Source of the DNA: a virus
IMG/VR virus record: IMGVR_UViG_3300020442_000509
Location: 5,802-69,801 of that record
DNA length: 64,000 nt
Strand: one strand, 5' to 3'
Below the pieces are notes generated by a model, which did not search any database, was not told where the DNA came from, and saw only the letters and a list, made by a program, of their open reading frames with translations. This document shows positions 10,701 through 20,600 of this stretch, in pieces. The position numbers were made by a program, and so were the translations under genes. Every line of letters begins with the position of its first letter. The stretch's first letter is position 1.

Positions 10701-11867
10701 ATAGGTGATGTTACCACTGGTAGTACCAGAGGAACCATGGGTGAATGTAAATGTATTTGTAGTTACTGCTGTGACTTGGAAGAATCCGTCAGTAGCAGAA
10801 CCAGAGATAAAGTCTGCGTATACACGGTCGTTCTGTGCGAGACCGTGATTGTTGTTGGTTACAGTGACAGTAGAACCAGATCTAGCATAGGTACCAGATC
10901 TAAACTGGTCTTCAAGCTGGTAGATCTCTTCTCCAGCAGCAAAGGTACCAGATACGCCAGACAGTTTCAGTCTGGATCTACCTGTACCAAAGGCACCAGT
11001 AGCACCCTGTACACCCTTGATACCTTCGTTAGCGAAGTATACAAAGGAGTTCAACCATTCAACACGAATACCGTTAGTCAGATACAGACCAACGGAGTTA
11101 GGTACAATGAATGTACACTCATTAAAGAGAATAGCAGCTTCGATACTGCTGCTTGCGGCAAGCGAACCATCCAGCTTAGCACCGCGTCCAGCGTCTCCAG
11201 CATCGAAACCATAAGGGTCACTAGCACTTGTAGTGCTACCCTTGTTTAATACAGTAATTCTTTCGAGGTATGCTGAGCGCTCAGAACTCCAGTTGTTGGC
11301 GCATGAGAAGGCATAACCCGTATCGTTGACACTATCATAGAACATGTCTTTGATAGTGAGGTCAGAAACAGTAACATCACCGTTAAGAATAAAACAGTCG
11401 TTACTGTTTGTACCACCCGTAGGGATGATAACAGTAGTTCTAAGATCAGAACCTCTTACGTGGACCCCATCAGGGATCGTCATTGGGAAGGCTTCCTGGT
11501 ATTGACCAGCAGCCATCAAGATAAGGTCACCAGGTGTCGCTACACTCAGCGCTTTTGTAAGCGAGAGGAACGGTGTATCAGGGTGCTTACCATTGTCTCC
11601 ACCACCAGTTAGTGTGGTTGAGTCCGAACCTGTAGAGGCGACAAAAAACGTGTTGCCAGGACCATTGGTAATGTCCGTAGCAAGCATGGACGTAGTAACG
11701 CTGGCAGGATTGGGGTTGGCATTCGCCACCTCAACGATAGAACCACCGTTATTAACGTATAGTTTTTTGTCAGCTATGTTTAGCGCAACTTCGCGATCTT
11801 CTAAATTAGAAGTTGTCGGAGTTGCGTTCGGCGTCGCTGAGCTTTTGAGCTTGATCCTCGTTGCCAT
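4722..11867 (-). CDS. Large tail fibre-like protein (2381 aa)
   Basis: Fibre-type N-terminus (RIKLKSS..EVALNIADKKLY), beta-helix cap (FFVASTGSD..PFLSLTKAL), LamG/ConA-like domain (WQHVAVARN..GHFDEIRVSKG), many GSGYT-APT repeats, cupredoxin-like insert. Confidence 0.85.
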   Translation of the reverse strand: MATRIKLKSSATPNATPTTSNLEDREVALNIADKKLYVNNGGSIVEVANANPNPASVTTSMLATDITNGPGNTFFVASTGSDSTTLTGGGDNGKHPDTPFLSLTKALSVATPGDLILMAAGQYQEAFPMTIPDGVHVRGSDLRTTVIIPTGGTNSNDCFILNGDVTVSDLTIKDMFYDSVNDTGYAFSCANNWSSERSAYLERITVLNKGSTTSASDPYGFDAGDAGRGAKLDGSLAASSSIEAAILFNECTFIVPNSVGLYLTNGIRVEWLNSFVYFANEGIKGVQGATGAFGTGRSRLKLSGVSGTFAAGEEIYQLEDQFRSGTYARSGSTVTVTNNNHGLAQNDRVYADFISGSATDGFFQVTAVTTNTFTFTHGSSGTTSGNITYKKADGYGSITSNDGTYIYLQGKGEGQFTQTVEGGKTAVPSFDVQVDNSVKKFGTGSLLLDGTGDRVNYATESDFGFGTANFCVEWWCYPTSVTGTQVLMDFRTGASDTAPTIYASGTELRFAEGGTDRITGGSLALNTWQHVAVARNAGTTRLFLDGAVVGTYTDSNDYGSTKPVVIGADYNSANNYAGHFDEIRVSKGTARFTGAFNASLLNEYGTDIFTVLLLHFNANDGATIFIDSGSAIKDIRSNGGDSATGIALVDYNQFGAELRSIGSANIYGNKGVVADGNGVRLLLTAHNFAYIGAGKDFTNDASLAVQSNETVESNGGRVFFSSTDQKGDFRVGGVFVVDQETGNVNFSSTSTSQEAASLTLSDATGTTNIFPAYIETGNLRLSGNTISTTSGDIIFDPAGNQDSVFNGEVVFDENIYFDTAKTGNFQSTIPGSIDVKIGPDQRRGGFNAYGIQSDTNILVSTDELATASIFAEGSGYTGGTATVNVDTNPAVVATATTTLDTANGGLKTVTVSNPGQNYETAPTLAFSAPQNSGTSADATANLESHGPIVRIAVDDGGADYGSAPTLTIDAPPDFTFNTETDVAGATITLANHPFRNDTQVVYNIPSGSTYTGLGLTDLQSYWVINVVRDDTNSGVSFQLASSQGGSPISLTASASGSGESHYIRGLTATATATVSAGAITAVSVSGGSYYDAAASPTINQSDTGQTTDATLTPYFGRPILSVSINSRGSGYTSAPSVTVTNAQTDTSGSGGAITSTIGYPIGTATVTNEGAGYNFVPTVKLLGGTPVTEGQLEAVLNKKTGSISSITVVGAGEAYSTAPTLTLTGGAGGDARLSVDVQSLAGSITNAGSGYTPGTYQGVDFTFVSGGTAPSSVANATFTVPGWVGTITNGGSGYQDGQYDGIAAYNVPAATYTVAVISNPGTPPPDNVYTINGNTQQALTLTEGNTYRFDQSDSSNSGHPLTVGREDGGTLSTDIVAIQVGTPGNAGAFTDIIVRPGTAGETADYICTQHANMGASLTIVSGSAGNYGDGLSLNVTVSGGVATAVLSNAQGQNYFAGDTVSALASDLGNTGSGLVFTLSAQDNTLSSVTDISLTGGPYTVGDVLSVDVQNVGGSGSGFQFTVNKVGFVTATSLVSGFGGFGYTVGQRLVPEVDPDTTGDKFLLDVATINSRDVYEISHDGSIISENFNVAGSKTPNLEPGSVTIGDGTPVITLDAEYGDATFGRDLTVERNATIKGNISLGDDATADTITIAAAETVTGDRQQTGNFTIEGDITQTVGDVAMTNATIGLADGAVATPSLHFANASGTGFFAPANDEISLSVNTSEKLAITSTLTKFGGDFQVLPSVGSTAPTLAVDTAAGTLQVSTAASGLQISTAGVISGVGTDADVNIQLTPKGQGDVIVNGAQNRKFRINDGVDVFSIDMDLGEVDLIGHLDTNNRLRIKDSEILNISGATLSFGQIVTVDTSGTATSFTDGSYTAVAVETTSGVGTGATFDVTVASGTITAITVTASSAGRDYKIGDTIVLSTATIGTDAAQTITITDVRGTGIDLTPQPRRNVRISGTGSFIVPVGTTNERPFTEDLYVGGIRYNTTTSQFEGYNGIDFVSLGGVRDVDQDTYILTEVTPGSDEDTFEFYNSGINSLSIDKDRFTLKSTKIMDVEGTLLLNGTFGQDTLDVQRKGVSLLKVRATKDVEVTGGLFLKNQLIAGEVATFDDGTLGASAGSFLATAAAYNPSQTFTATSTVSEFAGSGLTVDITTDASGNISSIAINAAGTVYEIDEKITVPGSLLGGGANTDVTFFVRTVNNADVAHSKISVLQSEFRLNMNQDKQFLSFDSTQAQAQFKVNRNYSVGGATNYLTVMDSTADFVELDDCRVEGGQLTTFTTGATFTQFEKNEYKGAKTLITIESDDGKVQMMEVTTVCGASGTVAHATITNSITSDNDLMDAVVNVASNSVQIQMTKSTDATSSTSFTGRFTTTKVKV

Positions 11868-12012
11868 TTATAGCATTCTCTGATGATTTTTCTTGGTTGA
11901 TACTATTTAACTGGTTCGTGAGATCCAGTAATCTCGCTTCAAGCATTACATTAGCAAGAGTCAACTCAGAAACTTTACGTTGTAATGTAGAAATAATGAC
12001 GTTTACATCCAT
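11806..12012 (-). CDS. Small coiled-coil hypothetical protein (68 aa)
   Basis: Fills the gap between fibre genes; heptad-like pattern; 3' end overlaps the next gene. Confidence 0.6.
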   Translation of the reverse strand: MDVNVIISTLQRKVSELTLANVMLEARLLDLTNQLNSINQEKSSENAINGNEDQAQKLSDAERNSDNF

Positions 12013-12022
12013 AATTTATTCA

Positions 12023-13711
12023 CTAAAAAGTTCCGCCATCGAGGACGTTAGACCAGACAGGAACGCCAGCGGCGGTAACAGTAAGGATCTGGAATGAAGT
12101 TGTAGCATCAGTACCAGTTCCAGGTGTTGCCATGTTAGCAGCGTCAGTTACCTGAAGGGCACCAGCAGCGTTACCATAAATGATACCGTACTGAGTAAAG
12201 GTAGAAGCACCAGTACCACCGTACTGAACTTCAAGGTCGGTATCGAGTTCCAGATCACCCAGAACAACAGTACCACGGTTTCCGTTTACACCAAAGACAG
12301 TGTTAGTGTCGGTAGCATCCTCAATGAATGTCCAAGCACCAAGTCCGTCAGCACCGCCTGAGCGGTCGAAACCAAAGAAACCAAATTTGGCAGCACTACC
12401 AGTATGGTAGTGAACCTTAACACCACGATCAAGTGCGTCATTAGCACCTCGTGTGACCGAGAGTGTAGCACCCTCAGCAAGACCAGCTCCTGTGAGGTTA
12501 GCACTCAGTGTAAGAGTCTTAGTGCCAGTATTAATACTACTGATAGTTGTACCAGCAGCGACGATACCACTGACTTCAGCAACTACATCACCAGAAGCAA
12601 GACCATCGAGTTTGTCAACTACGACGTCTGCCTGACCAGAGGCAGCAGCGGATTCTACGTTGAGAACGGTAGTGGGGTCACCCAGTTCAATCGTCGGATC
12701 GTTGACCGACATTGAAGCAGAGTTAACGGTTGTTGTTGTACCGTCAATCTGGAGATCACCTTTGATAACAACCAAACCTTCAGCATCACCACCAGCAGGG
12801 AAGGGGTCAATGATCATCTCAGTACCAGAGGTAGTAGAGATTACATTGCCATCCAACTTCAACTGGTCAATACTAAATTCACCAGTTTGAGATGTGGTAC
12901 CACTGATAGTGGTTGTACCATTAAAAGTTACTCCGTTTTCAAACGTAGTAGTGGAGTTAACCGTCAGAGTATCCGCAGCCGCATCACCAATGGTAGCATC
13001 ACCTTCGACGAGGAGTTCGCCAAGGGAAGCTTTGCCTCCAACACCGATACCTCCAACCACGGTGACAGCACCTGTGGTCGAGTTGGTGGAAGCAGTAGTA
13101 TCAGCGAATTTAACTTGGACGCCATCATCATATTGCTGGTCAGCACCAGCCCAACGAAGTTTGTCTAGGGTTGTCTCGTCATAATAGACGCGAGCATCGT
13201 TGCCTGTACCAAATTTCAGGGGGATGTCATCCTGAATCAGCAGGGCAGCGGCAGCATTGCCACCAGCAGGACGACGAATCTGAAGATCAGCAGCAGAATC
13301 GTCCCATACAAGTTCGAGGTCACCAGTGGTGCCGAACTCAACTTCTTGACCATCCTGGAATACAACCTTGCCAGCACCGTTAGCGGATACTACGAGGTCA
13401 ACGTCAGTGGTCGAAGTTGTGATTTCATTTGCGTTGATCTGTACGTCGTCAACGAAAAAGTTATCAAGCTTTGAGTTGCTGTCAACGACCAGGGCACTGT
13501 CAGCGGTCAGTACACCGTGGACTTGATCCAGCATATCGGTGAAATACTTACCACCGATGACTTGGGCAGCAGCATTGTTATCACCGACGAACAGACGATC
13601 ACCGAGGTTAGCCTGGGAACCAGTGCCAACAGTAATTGCCAGTTCACCGTAATTAATAGTACCAGGTGCCGCTGTACCCGTACTTCTTTTAATTAGGATT
13701 TCCGATGCCAT
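12023..13711 (-). CDS. Tail fibre / baseplate-fibre connector-like protein (562 aa)
   Basis: N-terminus ILIKRSTGTAAP..YGELA, C-terminal DGGTF motif, Gly/Thr rich. Confidence 0.75.
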   Translation of the reverse strand: MASEILIKRSTGTAAPGTINYGELAITVGTGSQANLGDRLFVGDNNAAAQVIGGKYFTDMLDQVHGVLTADSALVVDSNSKLDNFFVDDVQINANEITTSTTDVDLVVSANGAGKVVFQDGQEVEFGTTGDLELVWDDSAADLQIRRPAGGNAAAALLIQDDIPLKFGTGNDARVYYDETTLDKLRWAGADQQYDDGVQVKFADTTASTNSTTGAVTVVGGIGVGGKASLGELLVEGDATIGDAAADTLTVNSTTTFENGVTFNGTTTISGTTSQTGEFSIDQLKLDGNVISTTSGTEMIIDPFPAGGDAEGLVVIKGDLQIDGTTTTVNSASMSVNDPTIELGDPTTVLNVESAAASGQADVVVDKLDGLASGDVVAEVSGIVAAGTTISSINTGTKTLTLSANLTGAGLAEGATLSVTRGANDALDRGVKVHYHTGSAAKFGFFGFDRSGGADGLGAWTFIEDATDTNTVFGVNGNRGTVVLGDLELDTDLEVQYGGTGASTFTQYGIIYGNAAGALQVTDAANMATPGTGTDATTSFQILTVTAAGVPVWSNVLDGGTF

Positions 13712-13932
13712 TAGAAGCTACCCCCGTTGATAGTGATGTTATTGAGAATTGTGGTTGGAATAAACCTTGCGTTCGTTGCGTCATATACCAAGAGTCCACC
13801 TTCCTGAAGACCACCTGAGGAAGTATCAGTCAAATCGACGTCAGCGAGAGAACCAATGGTTCCGCCACCGCCACCAGTTGCGACACGGGTGACTCTGGGA
13901 ACTGATTGATCTCCAAATCTTAGTCTTGCCAT
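13711..13932 (-). CDS. Small structural protein (73 aa)
   Basis: Stop/start coupled; LADVD..GGLLVYD..NGGSF fibre-type motifs. Confidence 0.7.
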   Translation of the reverse strand: MARLRFGDQSVPRVTRVATGGGGGTIGSLADVDLTDTSSGGLQEGGLLVYDATNARFIPTTILNNITINGGSF

Positions 13933-14270
13933 TAGAGTGTTACGCCCTCCAGAACACTTACAGTACCTTCAAGCACTCTAGTCTTAAGACCAGAAGATGC
14001 GGTAATAACTACATCATATACGTACCGACCAGACTTCATTGCTGTAGTCTGAGCAGCAGATAACGAAAGTTGAATCCTTCCAGCCGTAGCGGGAGTCAAA
14101 ATAGCAGTAGTACAGGTAACAGAACTGCTACTTGTGTAGTGCTTTTTGATCTTACATGCCGCAGAGTAACCAGTCAGGTTGAACTCCGTGCCATTGTCGT
14201 TCTCAACAGAAAAGTCGATGACGAAATCGGCACCTTGATAGATCAATAGATTGGATACAGCAGATGCCAT
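13932..14270 (-). CDS. Virion structural protein, BppU-like beta sandwich (112 aa)
   Basis: IYQGADF..FNLTGY..GRYVYDV..RVLEG motif pattern; ATAAATA upstream. Confidence 0.75.
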   Translation of the reverse strand: MASAVSNLLIYQGADFVIDFSVENDNGTEFNLTGYSAACKIKKHYTSSSSVTCTTAILTPATAGRIQLSLSAAQTTAMKSGRYVYDVVITASSGLKTRVLEGTVSVLEGVTL

Positions 14271-14305
14271 GCTCTAAGGATTTCTCTTTAGTATTTATGT
14301 CACCA

Positions 14306-14602
14306 TTATTTATCGTTCTTCTCAACTAGAAGCTTTACAAGTTCTTTTAGTTCACTGATCTCTGATTTGAGATCTTGGTTTTCAACTCTGCTGAGACGAG
14401 CTTGTTCACGCGCCTTAATATATGCCTCATAAGCAGCCTTGTCGGTGTTTATGATGGCATTACTATTAGGGTCTCTCCCGAGGTTGGGATGATCTTCTAC
14501 TTTAATTAATCCCTTCGAGTCTCTAGGATCGTCTTCTCCTTTGTCACGTCGAGCGAGAATTTCTCTTTCTCGCTCTAAAGCAATTTTTTCAAAATCTTCC
14601 AT
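14306..14602 (-). CDS. Conserved hypothetical protein (98 aa)
   Basis: Coupled to the VrlC-like gene; KVEDHPNLGRD..AIINTD motif, C-terminal coiled coil. Confidence 0.75.
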   Translation of the reverse strand: MEDFEKIALEREREILARRDKGEDDPRDSKGLIKVEDHPNLGRDPNSNAIINTDKAAYEAYIKAREQARLSRVENQDLKSEISELKELVKLLVEKNDK

Positions 14603-17600
14603 TATGCCAGGGCGATGATTCTAAGATCCTTGACTCTGGGGATATAAGGTTGATTGTGGTTTCTGAGGACGATCTTGAGCTGGAATCCGTCGTATGCGGG
14701 AGCATCATTGACGGTGAACTCGTAATCACTGAATACAAAGGGATCATTCTGTGGAACCATGGCACCACTGTCAGGGCGACCATCGGTATTGAAATACTCA
14801 AAGTTCAGATCATCAGTATCGCCAGTGTAACCAGCAGGTACCAACTTATACATCAGGACAAGGTTAGAGAAGTCGAAGTTGTTTGCGGACAAAGCAACTT
14901 TGACACCTGTAGCAGAATTGTCCAGTCGAGCGAGTCGAGTAATGTATATAGCGGCATTCTCATCACCGATGCCCTGCGTGGGTGTGGCATTGTTGATAAG
15001 GTTTGCTGTAGTGGTGACACTCATTCTTTGAGTATCAACAACTGGGGACAGGTGAGATACGTCACTGAAGAAGTTCAGTTCCATCTCAAGTGACTTCCCA
15101 CCAGACATGTTGCTGATCTCATTCTGCTTAGAAGCGATCACCTTGGTAGACAGGAAGTAGTTGATATCGTTGAGAGTAACTTCTCTCCAAATGCTATCCT
15201 TCTGGAACGAAGTCTCAGGAGAGGTTCCGCTCGGGAAAGGACCACATGATGTGCCAGAGGTAGCTTTTGCTCTAGCAGCAATAGATGTACCAGGTTGAGT
15301 CTGAGTCTGAACAGCAGGTGTCAGAACGTCCCAAGGAATGTTCTGGGATACAGTAACATTTTCACCACCACCACTAATAGTCTTATGAGACTTGAAGTTG
15401 TTGATGAGGAGTCTGTACTTGTGGGGACTGTTCAGAGTGGTAAGACCGCCAAAGGTAGAAGTATGGTGTGTTCCATTGACTCTTGTGAGAGGGATACCGC
15501 CAAGGTTGTAGCACGATACAGGAGTACCAGCAGCGTGGGCAGTCCCAGTAGCGCCACCCGAGTTGGTAACGGGATCCCAGGCTCTCCCGCTGACAGTACC
15601 AGCGTTATGACCCAGAATGTTAATAACCCAATTAGGAGATCCATTGTTGATGTATTCGTAGGCGATGATTTCATCACCGATCTTCACGAAGCCAGGATTA
15701 GTATCGGAGACTGCGGGAGCGGCATTACCAGGTCCAGTGTTGCTGGAAGTTAGAGATGCTGCCTGTGTGGAGTTACCACCGATACAACGATGGAACAACG
15801 ATGCGTCATCGACAACGATCTGAGAAGCAGTAGCAGTCAGAGCGTTTGCCGCCTTAATCTGGGTGTCGCCAATTTCGGAGACAACTCCATCTACAATCAC
15901 GTAGTTAGCAGAAGACTGCATCCCGTGGTTGTTGTGGAAGACGTCAATATAAGCCTGATCGTCTGTTAATGCCATAGCATTAGGCAGAAGATTGAGGAAA
16001 CCACCATTATTCTCTTCGAGAGTGGCGTTATTCAGTATCAGTTGCGACGGAGCAAGGGTTGTGGGGATGGTGAAGTCAGCTCTGTAGATCTTGAACATCA
16101 AGTCCTCAAACTGAGAAGGTGTCCAAGTAGAAGCGTTCTGTGACTTGAACAATACACCAATATAGGGTTGCTCAGAGATTTTCTCACCAGCGTGAGCAGC
16201 ATCGATAGCATCCTCACCCAACAGGGAGATGAATACCTTGTACTGGTTAGAGTCAGAGGTTACGACGATAGCATGTTCTTGCTGATGACCGATATAAACA
16301 GGAGAGTCAAATACGAATGTAGTTGGTACAGAAGCATCAGTAGAAGTTACAACATCTTCTGCTTGCTTGATAACCTTAGAGAAAGGAACAATAACCTGAG
16401 TAGGAGTACCATTCTCAACAGTTCTAATATCGATAGCAACAGGAATCTCAGCGTCCTTCTGCTGGAAGAACAGGTCAACCTTAGTCAGGTAGACACCACC
16501 CTCAAGATCTTCATCCTGAATCAGGAAGGTTTGGGCAAGAGGGTCAGACCACAGAGTTCTGTTCTGGGTAAATCTTTGCTCTTCAACCTTAGCATTACGT
16601 ACAGAGATGATTGTCTCTTGAGTAGTCTGGAGAATACCAGTAGCAGCGTATTCTGTCTGTGCGCTGGACTCAGACTCACCTTGTACAGTAGAGTCGTTAG
16701 AAGTATCAGACAGACGGAACAGACGTGTACCAGTCTTAAATTTAGGATTAGTCTTGACGCTAGGATCAGGAATAAAGAAGCTACCCTTCACGAAACCAGA
16801 AGCATCGGTGATGAGTCTTCTTTCCTTGACTTTTGCTTTAGCACCAGAGGACTCACCAACCAGAACCTCACCAGGAATCGGGTTACCAGAGTAAGCACCC
16901 AATGCTTGAGCAGCAAGGGCACCAGTATCAAGGTTGATCCAACCAAGGTTAGCGGTGTAGTCGGTGACAGAGGAAATATCAGCGTCAGTATAAGGGTTGT
17001 TCTTATGTTGATCGTTGGGTTCCAAGATACGAAGCTTACATCCAGAGGTCAGACCCTTGACAGTTTCACCCACCTGGAAAGGTGTGCTGTTTGTATCACT
17101 GTCATCGTTAGGGTTTTTAGTAACCTCAAGAAGTTTAGGTGTAATATACTTGGCAACGTTTACGCCATCAAAGAAGGCATAGAAACGAGTCTTAGGCTTC
17201 ATCTTCTGAGCAGCGAACTCAACGTTTCTAGAACGCATGTTCTGAATGTGCTCAACAGATACAACTCTGCTACCCAGAGACTGCTGTTCGATGACAGGAG
17301 TGATCTTATAACGGATACCAGTTCTTGTCTGATCAGTTCTAACTCTAGTGAAGTTCTGAGTACGAGTTCTACGACGCTTGCCCTTACCAGTCGTTACCTG
17401 ACGGGAGAATCCAATACGACCAGACCATGTGGTCTGCCAGGAACCCCATTGAATAGGTGTAATACCGTTGTTGTTGGCATTCAGTCTTCTGCTGGTGGAA
17501 ACAAAGTTACCCTCAACAGTAGGACCTTGAAGTGCGGAAAGAGACTTGGTGTCTACCCAGTCATCCGACTCAGGAACAAGTTTGATGTCACCAATAAAGG

Positions 17601-20600
17601 TAAACACGTTGAATGGGTTGACATTCTCCAGTGCCGAAGCATAAGGTTGGTCAACCAGAACTACGTCAGTGTATGGCAGGGTGATCAGATCACCAGTCTG
17701 CTGGATGTTTTGTGAGTTAGCACTAACTGTCAGAGGAAGGTTAGTGGTGTAGTGAGAGGGACGCAGATGTCCTTCTTCAAAGTCGAGAGAACAACGATAG
17801 TCTGGGTGGAATGTATCGCTAGTGCCCAGAGTAGCAAAGTTGTCAACAATGAAACCATTCTTAAATCTGTCCAGACCATTAGAGTCACGTACAGAGAATG
17901 TAGCGGTCTCAGCTTCAAGCAAGGACAGTTGAGTGTAATACTCAAGAGTCTTGATACGATCCTCAAGGACTTGGATGTCTCTGAAGGTGTAACGCTTGTA
18001 GTTTGTCTGAGTGATGGTTACATCTTGTTCTACATCGAATACGTAGGGTTCGATGAAGATAGTGGACAGAAGCATCGCGTCTTCAATGTCCGTAGGTTGT
18101 ACAGGGTTCTCAGAAGGTTCACCCTTAACAACTTGAATCTTATTGTCCTTATTAATGAATACTTTGTCAATTCTGCCGAGGTAATACTCGTAAGAAAGAA
18201 TAGTAGTGTCTGCCTGACCAGGAATACCTACCAGGTTACCAGTAAAGACTCTGTTATCAAAGTCTAGCTTGCCTGTCGATGAATGAGTGAACGGAGACGT
18301 CCTAGTGCCCGTGTTATTGAGCGCCGCAGGGACCATCGGTCTGAAGTCGAGGGCATTACGCAGACTGACTTCTCCGAACTCAGGAATCTCTTTGTAATCA
18401 TCTGAGTCGTAAGAATCGACGGTATAGAAACCGTCACCACCTGTCGTGACGAACCTATCAAAAATAACGAGCAGTTTATGTGTAGGAGCACTGTAGCCAG
18501 ACTTCCGTACAAGGCGTGAGTAGTCGTAATACTGCTCTCTTTGTCCATTGTCAAGATCGTATGAGGTTGTAATGTTGGTGCTACCAGAAATAATAGTCTG
18601 GATCACAATGCGACAATCTGCTGTCTCCGTTGTTACCTTTTCGGTACCAGCAAAGACATTTTCATTGAGGTATACGTAGTATACTCTCTGACTGTCAAAG
18701 GAGACGATCTGTGCTTTAGCACCAGATTCCGTACCAGTAAGGATCTGATTGTTGGCAAAAGAACCAATCAGGTTAGTATACTGGAAGTTAGGAACGACAG
18801 GATCGTTACCATCCTTTGATTCGTATATAGCTTTGATGTCGAAGACATCTGGACAACCTAAAGAGATAATACTATCTTCGATTCTGGTTCCATAACCTCC
18901 AGTGACTTGAGTCAGACCATTAGCAGTGCCAAGAGCAGAGTCATCAATCTTGAGCACCTTCATGCGCTCAGTGGTCTTTGCCTTAGCAGCACGGTTGCTG
19001 GAGTATACAGTAGCAATAACAATACAACCGTTGACTGTAGAAGGAAGACCAGATACAGATACGGAAGCGGAGTTAGCGCCAGAAGAAGTAGTGAAGTTGG
19101 GGTGGGTATAGGTATTACCCAATACGCCAGATCCAGAAGATACGCTAGTTACAACGATTTGGAAATCATCAGCATCTTGAGGAGATCTGAATACCAGGTT
19201 AGACCCAGCAGACAGTGAGAAAGCACCACTGCTAATCTCAGACGAAGGAATTACATAAGACTTACGGAAATAACCCAGAGGAATGACCGAAGAACCCTGA
19301 CTGTTAGTAGAGGTAGACTTAACAGCTGCCTTAGCAATAGGTGTAAGCAGAGATCTCTTCTGAGCAAACTTGATCTCTGGACGGATTAGCGTCATCGCAC
19401 CGTCAATAGATCCATTGGTAAGGTTATTGCTGGTGATTCTAGCAACAGTGAATACAGTATTGCTAGTTACAGCAGTAACACGAACTCTATGAGAAGCACC
19501 ATTGTTGGAGAATGCTACAACATCACCAACTCTCAACTGAGCAGTGAAGTTAGACAGAGTAGCAGTAACTGTACCAGTAGCAGAACCAGATACACCACTG
19601 AGAACAGGAGCGTTAGCAGAGATGCCAGCTTGAACATCAAGAACGATGTTAGCAGTCATCTGACCAGAGATGGCAAATGACTTAGCATCAGTAAATTGAT
19701 AAGCAGTAACACTACTAACAGTTTGAATGTTAGAAGTTCCGTTCTCGTAGCGAAGTGCTTCACCAGAAACGAAAGTACCAGTTACCTGCTCCAGAGTTAC
19801 AGTAGAACTAGATCCACTGGTGCGAACAAAACCAGCAGCACCAGAAGTTTGACCAAAAATCTTAGTACCAGCAGTCCAACTAACAGAACTGCCAACACCC
19901 AGATTGACATACATGTTCAAGTCTGCTACAGCGACTCTGTAACGTGCGGTAGCGGAGTCTCTAGTACCAGAATCGTAAGAGAATCCAAATACTCTTGCTC
20001 TACCAATAACAGAACCAGGAGAGGTGCCATTAGTAGCAACAACTCTATCTCTCAGTTCAACTGTTTCATAGAGTTCGGGACCACCCCAGAGATTGTCAAT
20101 CAGAACATAGTTACCAAAGTCAGAAGTAAATGACTGACTGTCAGCAGCAGTAAATGTTCTAGGCTTGAGGATATCCTTAAAGGTATTACCTAGTTTCTCA
20201 GTTCTGTAACCAGAAACATATGCAGTACCAGGAGAAACCTGAACTGCCAACTTACTTTCAGAAGGATCGGCACCATCTTGTGTCTTCTGTCCTTCTTCAA
20301 ATACGCCGTTGTTGAAAGAATCGTTGAGGTTTTCTCTAACATCAATAGAGAATCTCTTGACATAGTAGTCACCAGATTCTTCTTTAGTTCTGTTTGCCAG
20401 AATGTCATTGATGAATCCGAGATCACTACGCTCGACTTTCTTCTCAAGTTTACCAACATTGGTACGAAGAAGTTCGATGAAGTCAGCAGAGTTAGGATCT
20501 GCGATGTCCTTCTTAACAAGAGTCAGGTTGATCTTGAATCTGTCAGCACCAGGAGCGGAGAAGTTGGTGCTACCAATAGCATTATCGTAGAGAGTGGCAT

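Noticed and set aside
9810-11249. Long plus-strand ORFs (also 16168-17715, 25421-26515, 46362-47903)
   Set aside because: Antisense shadows of strongly codon-biased genes; Ser/Thr/Val-rich, with no recognisable motifs.
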